Shown one piece after another: positions 60,801-64,000 of a stretch of DNA of 64,000 nt. The notes beneath the pieces were generated by a model that saw only the letters and a list, made by a program, of their open reading frames with translations, was not told the origin of the DNA and did no database searches. The translations under genes and the position numbers were made by a program. Every line of letters begins with the position of its first letter. Positions within the stretch are counted from its first letter, which is position 1. Source of the DNA: Archangium sp. (GTDB lineage Bacteria > Myxococcota > Myxococcia > Myxococcales > Myxococcaceae); assembly GCA_031367385.1 (NCBI GenBank), contig JANLPS010000117.1:1-64000 (forward strand), in the 5' to 3' direction.

Positions 60801-61728
60801 AGGTGACGGGCGCGCCCCCGATCAAGATCGTAACGCGCCCATCGAGCGGCGCGGTGAATGAGAACCGCACCACCTCGAAGCCGGCGACGTGACTGACCGC
60901 GGGCGTGGGGAGGGTGATTTCAGAGACGGTTGGGGGCACGTCATCGATGGTGAAGGTGCCCACCGGCACGCCAGCGCTGGTGTTGCCCGCGAGATCTTCG
61001 AGCGTCTCGAGGGTGAGCGTGACCACGTCTTCGCCGCGCAACGCGCTGGTGGCGACCGAAAAGCCCATCGACGCACCTCCCGCGACCTCGGCCTCTGAGC
61101 GGGTGACGACTGACGTCTTGCCGCCCCGGGCCAACAGCGTCGAGGGGTGCGCGAGCGGCTCAGAAGCGGTGAGCTGCACGCTGACCGGTTGGGTCGAGCG
61201 CACCACCTTCGGCTGAATCGCGACCGCGCTGGCCGCCAATGTCGGCGCGGTGAAGTCGAGCGCAACGGTACCCACGGTGAGGTCGATGACCGCGTTCGAC
61301 CCCAGGTCCTCCATTGAAATCAGCACGGTGGCGAGCCCCTCGCCGTCATCGAGCTGCGCGGTGGTGCTCAGCGAGTAGCGCAGGTCGCCTGGAGCATCAT
61401 CGCGATCGAGCTTTAGAGGCCGCAGGTGCTTGGCGGTGTTCAAATAGAACTTCGGCTCGCCAATGAGCGGCTCTGAAACCTCGACCTGCACCGCCAGCGC
61501 GGCGTTTTCTTTGAGATACCGGGCGCTGAGCGTCGCCTGCGTCAAAAACGGCGCGACGATGTCATCGCGGTTCACCACGCACAGCTGCAAGTCGAGCCGG
61601 CAAACCCGGCCACTGGGGCAATCGGCGTCGCTGCGACAGCTGATGCCCGACGCAGAGGGAGGAATGCTCTGATCGAAGCGGCAGCCGCTGATCAGCACGG
61701 CGAAAGCGACCAGCCAGAGGCTCCGCAT
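57871..61728 (-). CDS. Large lipoprotein with Ig-like repeats and Kelch-like beta-propeller
   Basis: Start MRSLWLVAFAVLISGC (lipobox); D.AGN/D.TAP Big-domain motifs; AFDP....L.FGG, W..DG..W repeats. Confidence 0.72.
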   Translation of the reverse strand: MRSLWLVAFAVLISGCRFDQSIPPSASGISCRSDADCPSGRVCRLDLQLCVVNRDDIVAPFLTQATLSARYLKENAALAVQVEVSEPLIGEPKFYLNTAKHLRPLKLDRDDAPGDLRYSLSTTAQLDDGEGLATVLISMEDLGSNAVIDLTVGTVALDFTAPTLAASAVAIQPKVVRSTQPVSVQLTASEPLAHPSTLLARGGKTSVVTRSEAEVAGGASMGFSVATSALRGEDVVTLTLETLEDLAGNTSAGVPVGTFTIDDVPPTVSEITLPTPAVSHVAGFEVVRFSFTAPLDGRVTILIGGAPVTCTTQAGAYNCTYSPSSSEAEGVRGILVQAQDEAGNLTERRASVTYDFTAPSVFDDSTSVVLTPSADNPLQHPIHAGPGAKAEVLFVLSETSLVPKVEATGLTFKKTLNTGTAWLFSSVVPPSAPQQGAAAVTVTAEDLVGNKAVLSLLLPPPGLVIDTIKPAPPSTGPELLFRRIPFGSAETKGVPSSRIRGKPGAVPEPGVVRVFALGPGVGEIARFTTMPNGSFAELEVAQTDVAAPWVDLIDPAGNVSTAVKVRHHEWLVPTGADPFAVNAEARLEGAFFRVEWPRADAPLLASSDDAGVLVVGAGSWVKASEVGQHAFGSCSALGSWSEEGRLIAVDPSSNAQTVDVWDGTRWSRQNVTDPEGDGTAPLDAPVIDGFELGTWAFSPERVGYRWTGTSWASRFSTPNVAQRPASDSAIAFDPIARALLSFGGTSARPFEVWRFGDDQWVRVTLTGTLPVAGVTRAAMVPGVGVALITADQHLWQWNGAVFSQLSAAAAPAGQLVVDPKTGSPVVYDPTGKIWVFTGGAWVGTPIPVVAPTCGMVANPTSGTLQLSIGGQFLEVTLSGSLVSLSAPYVDTVVGRRVYPLSFYNSGLKQPQLIGGAVAAGPTPEAISFNGLQWVAFTDPVPAIGPLVGSIAQNETSDVTLATVSNAVSRFTSGSWSSVTAPAGLNTTSRNALAWSPPDNTFIFVTTQPPGPVFKEFKLSGTSWVSTGLTSGPVLAASGQFPPTGMVATDTGVVAVDPAGTWVRDSSSWQKVTADPQGDGEPDFPSCLVRDPVSHQSYALSQDLFRFDAATKSWARVDHINVSQGGEAWSGLATDCFAALDPTTGAITASGDQGRTVFIYDPQRTGRPALTVRLPLADASFDATAIIADAEVTARFGGQGFIGSTPQTGADLALWADGRWSVIGHTNQGANGFQTVTVAATGSLNRYGLIPGGTVRLAMMPTAPNGYGAATVVVDSVQLRLHIIQY

Positions 61729-61770
61729 GGTGGCGCAGTGTAGCGTGACGCCGATGTAGGCCTGGCAGAC

Positions 61771-61812
61771 CTTATTTCTATAAGTTGAAATTGACCTGCG
61801 GCTTACAATATA
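61771..61812. promoter_or_regulatory. AT-rich divergent promoter region with inverted repeat
   Basis: CTTAT-TTCT-ATAAG (61771-61784) followed by TTGAAA/TTGACC and TACAATATAT, between the divergent lipoprotein and lrp genes. Confidence 0.4.
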
Positions 61813-61821
61813 TGGCTGGAT

Positions 61822-62304
61822 ATGGACGCGATTGATCACCACCTGCTGCAGCTGCTCCAAGCCAATGGCCGGGCGACACAGCTCGAGCTGGCCAAGCAGG
61901 TGAAGCTCTCGCAACCGGCGACCGCCGAGCGCATTCGTAAGCTCGAAGAGCAAGGTGTGATTCTCGGTTACAGCGCCCACGTCGACGCCGCCGCGCTGGG
62001 GAAGGACGTCACGGCGTACGTCGGGCTCTCGATCGAGCACCCGAAGTACTTCGAGGGGTTCGCGAAGAAGGTGCTGGCGCTCGATGAGGTGCTCGAGTGC
62101 CACCGCGTGGCCGGCAATGATTCGTATCTGCTCAAAGTGAAGACCGCGAACACCGCGACCCTCGATTCGTTGCTGGTCGAGACGCTGCGCACCATCGCGG
62201 GTGTGACCCGAACCCACACCACCATCGTTCTCTCATCGGTCAAAGAGACCACCCACGTTCACGTCGACGCGCAGGTGCTCACCCCGAATGGAGCCAAGCC
62301 ATGA
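61822..62304 (+). CDS. Lrp/AsnC family transcriptional regulator
   Basis: MDAID..LL..LQ.NGR....ELA..V.LS......RIRKLEE.GVI.GY; EV.ECHRV.G...YLLKV. Confidence 0.93.
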   Translation: MDAIDHHLLQLLQANGRATQLELAKQVKLSQPATAERIRKLEEQGVILGYSAHVDAAALGKDVTAYVGLSIEHPKYFEGFAKKVLALDEVLECHRVAGNDSYLLKVKTANTATLDSLLVETLRTIAGVTRTHTTIVLSSVKETTHVHVDAQVLTPNGAKP

Positions 62305-63545
62305 GCCTCAAGCTGGCCGTACGAACCCAGGGCGTCGCGCCGTCGGCGGTGCGTGAGATTCTCAAAGTGGCCGAGCGGCCTGACGTGCTCTCGTTCGCCG
62401 GGGGCCTGCCTGCGCCCGAGCTTTTCCCCGTCGAGGCGATCGCCGAGGCGCATGCGCGGGTGCTGCGAGAGAACGGCGGCGCCGCGCTGCAATACAGCAC
62501 CAGCGAGGGCTACGCCCCTTTGCGCGAATGGGTCGCCGCCGATTTTCGCCGCCGGGGCGTCGAGGCCGACGTCGAGTCGATCGTGATCACCAATGGCTCG
62601 CAGCAGGGCATCGACCTGGCCGCGCGTGTGTTGCTCGACCCGGGGTCGGTGGTGGTGACCGAGAACCCCAGTTATTTGGCGGCACTGCAGGTCTTTCAAG
62701 CGGCGCAGGCCCGAATCGTGCCGGTCGAGAGCGACGCCGAGGGCTTCTTGCTCGACGCGCTGGGCAAGGTGCTGGCCACTGAAGACGTTCGAATGATCTA
62801 CGTGGTACCGAACTTCGCCAACCCGACCGGAGCGACGCTCACCCTCGCCCGCCGCCACGCGGTGATGGCGCTGGCGCAGTCGTACGGCGTGCCGGTGCTC
62901 GAAGACGACCCGTATGGTGCCCTGCGGTACTCGGGCAATGCGCTGCCGCCGCTCGCGTCGCTCGATACGTCGGGGCTGGTGCTGTCGATGGGCACGTTCT
63001 CGAAGACCCTGGCCCCGGGTCTGCGGGTCGGGTGGCTGCTGGCGCCCCGGGTGATGCGCAAGCACCTGGTGGTGGCCAAGCAGGCGAGCGATCTGCACAC
63101 CGGTACGCTGACCCAGCGGGCGACCGCGGCGTTGCTCGAGACATTCGATTACCCGGGGCACATCGCCAAGCTGTGCAAGGTGTACGCAGAGCGCTGCCAC
63201 GCGATGAACCAGGCGCTGCAGACCTCGCTGCCAGCGGGCTCGTCGTTCACCAAGCCCACGGGTGGGCTGTTCTTTTGGGTCGAGCTGCCGGGGTCGCTCG
63301 ATGCGACCGCGCTGTTGCCGTTGGCGGTGGCGCAGAAGCTGGCGTACGTGCCGGGGGCTCCGTTCTTCGCGACCGCACCGAAGCGCAACACGCTGCGGCT
63401 CAACTTTTCGAACCGGCCCATCGAGCTGATTCGCGACGGCATGGAGCGGCTGGGCCGGCTCTTCTCGCACGAGCTGCGCACGACGGGTCAGCTCGATGCT
63501 CTGGGCGATCGCCGCGGGGGCAGCTTCGACGGCCGGGCGCCGTGA
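62301..63545 (+). CDS. PLP-dependent class I/II aminotransferase (2-aminoadipate transaminase-like)
   Basis: SFAGGLP, ALQY..SEG, TNGSQQ, PNF.NPTG, EDDPY, GTFSKTLAPGLRVGW, LRLNFS. Confidence 0.92.
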   Translation: MSLKLAVRTQGVAPSAVREILKVAERPDVLSFAGGLPAPELFPVEAIAEAHARVLRENGGAALQYSTSEGYAPLREWVAADFRRRGVEADVESIVITNGSQQGIDLAARVLLDPGSVVVTENPSYLAALQVFQAAQARIVPVESDAEGFLLDALGKVLATEDVRMIYVVPNFANPTGATLTLARRHAVMALAQSYGVPVLEDDPYGALRYSGNALPPLASLDTSGLVLSMGTFSKTLAPGLRVGWLLAPRVMRKHLVVAKQASDLHTGTLTQRATAALLETFDYPGHIAKLCKVYAERCHAMNQALQTSLPAGSSFTKPTGGLFFWVELPGSLDATALLPLAVAQKLAYVPGAPFFATAPKRNTLRLNFSNRPIELIRDGMERLGRLFSHELRTTGQLDALGDRRGGSFDGRAP

Positions 63546-63599
63546 CGCACGGCGGTCGCGGCCGGCTCGCACGGCGGCAGTTTCGCCTTCGACGCGAAG

Positions 63600-63805
63600 G
63601 AATTCGAGTCGCCCAGAGAAGCTTCGAGTCTCACCCGATTTTGAATTCGAGACGCCCGACACCTTCGGCGCTGACCTCATCGGTGAATTCGAGTCGCCGC
63701 AGCGCTTCGATTCTCAGCCGATCTTGAATTCGAGACGCTCCATCGGCGAACCACTTCGAGCAGCTGTGAATCGAGACGATCGCGGCGATCGAAACTCGAG
63801 TCGCG
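63600..63805. repeat. Degenerate tandem repeat, period ~42 bp
   Basis: GAATTCGAGWCG at 63600, 63643, 63685, 63726 and a degenerate copy at 63768. Confidence 0.75.
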
Positions 63806-64000
63806 GTGTGTTCAGGCTGCGTTTCGAGCTCAAGCGATACAGCCAACGCGGAGAGCAGAAAGAGACCGAACAGCGCCTTGAGCCTGGGTGGCAGCGGCAT
63901 CGCGACGTCGGTCTTCGCGCTCACTGCCCGAGTCACCGACGATGAGCGGCCCCTCGACCGGCATCAGGCCCTGAGTGTGGGTGATGACGGAGGCAGGGCG

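Noticed and set aside
61729..62217. N-terminal extension of ORF 57871..62217
   Set aside because: Antisense to lrp; the signal peptide begins at 61728
62259..63680. 473-aa antisense ORF and the many similar shadow ORFs
   Set aside because: Expected by-product of high-GC codon bias opposite real genes; no recognisable motifs
63631..64000. Minus-strand CDS at the window end
   Set aside because: Several short frames are possible, none has recognisable motifs, one runs through the repeat array, and the region is truncated

Overview
GC-rich bacterial chromosomal segment, most likely Myxococcota. This assignment rests on a DUF2378 protein, a MYXO-CTERM-like C-terminus, Hanks-type kinases and many Cys-rich lipoproteins. 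About 45 CDSs are supportable. Housekeeping and metabolic genes include eno, surE, a GuaB1-type CBS-domain IMPDH/GMP reductase, 3-hydroxybutyrate dehydrogenase, an M16 peptidase pair, a BKACE enzyme and an Lrp-aminotransferase pair. There is a kinase/phosphoesterase/FeeM-like/FHA/kinase signalling cluster and many large secreted or lipoprotein genes. I recognised no rRNA, tRNA, cas, integrase or transposase genes. The most unusual signals are non-coding: a 42-43 bp-period array of co-varying hairpins beside a long terminator-like stem (7850-8055), a five-unit 72-73 bp tandem array (41601-41935), a ~42 bp-period array (63600-63805), and REP-like elements (one nested, one inside a CDS). Notable proteins are a double-glycine-leader peptide without an obvious transporter, an ADP-ribosylglycohydrolase with degenerate metal ligands, a 1205-aa LysM protein with glycine-zipper helices, and a frameshifted CARDB/Ig surface protein. 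All calls come from motif recognition by eye, not database searches. Many start codons were moved relative to the ORF track.
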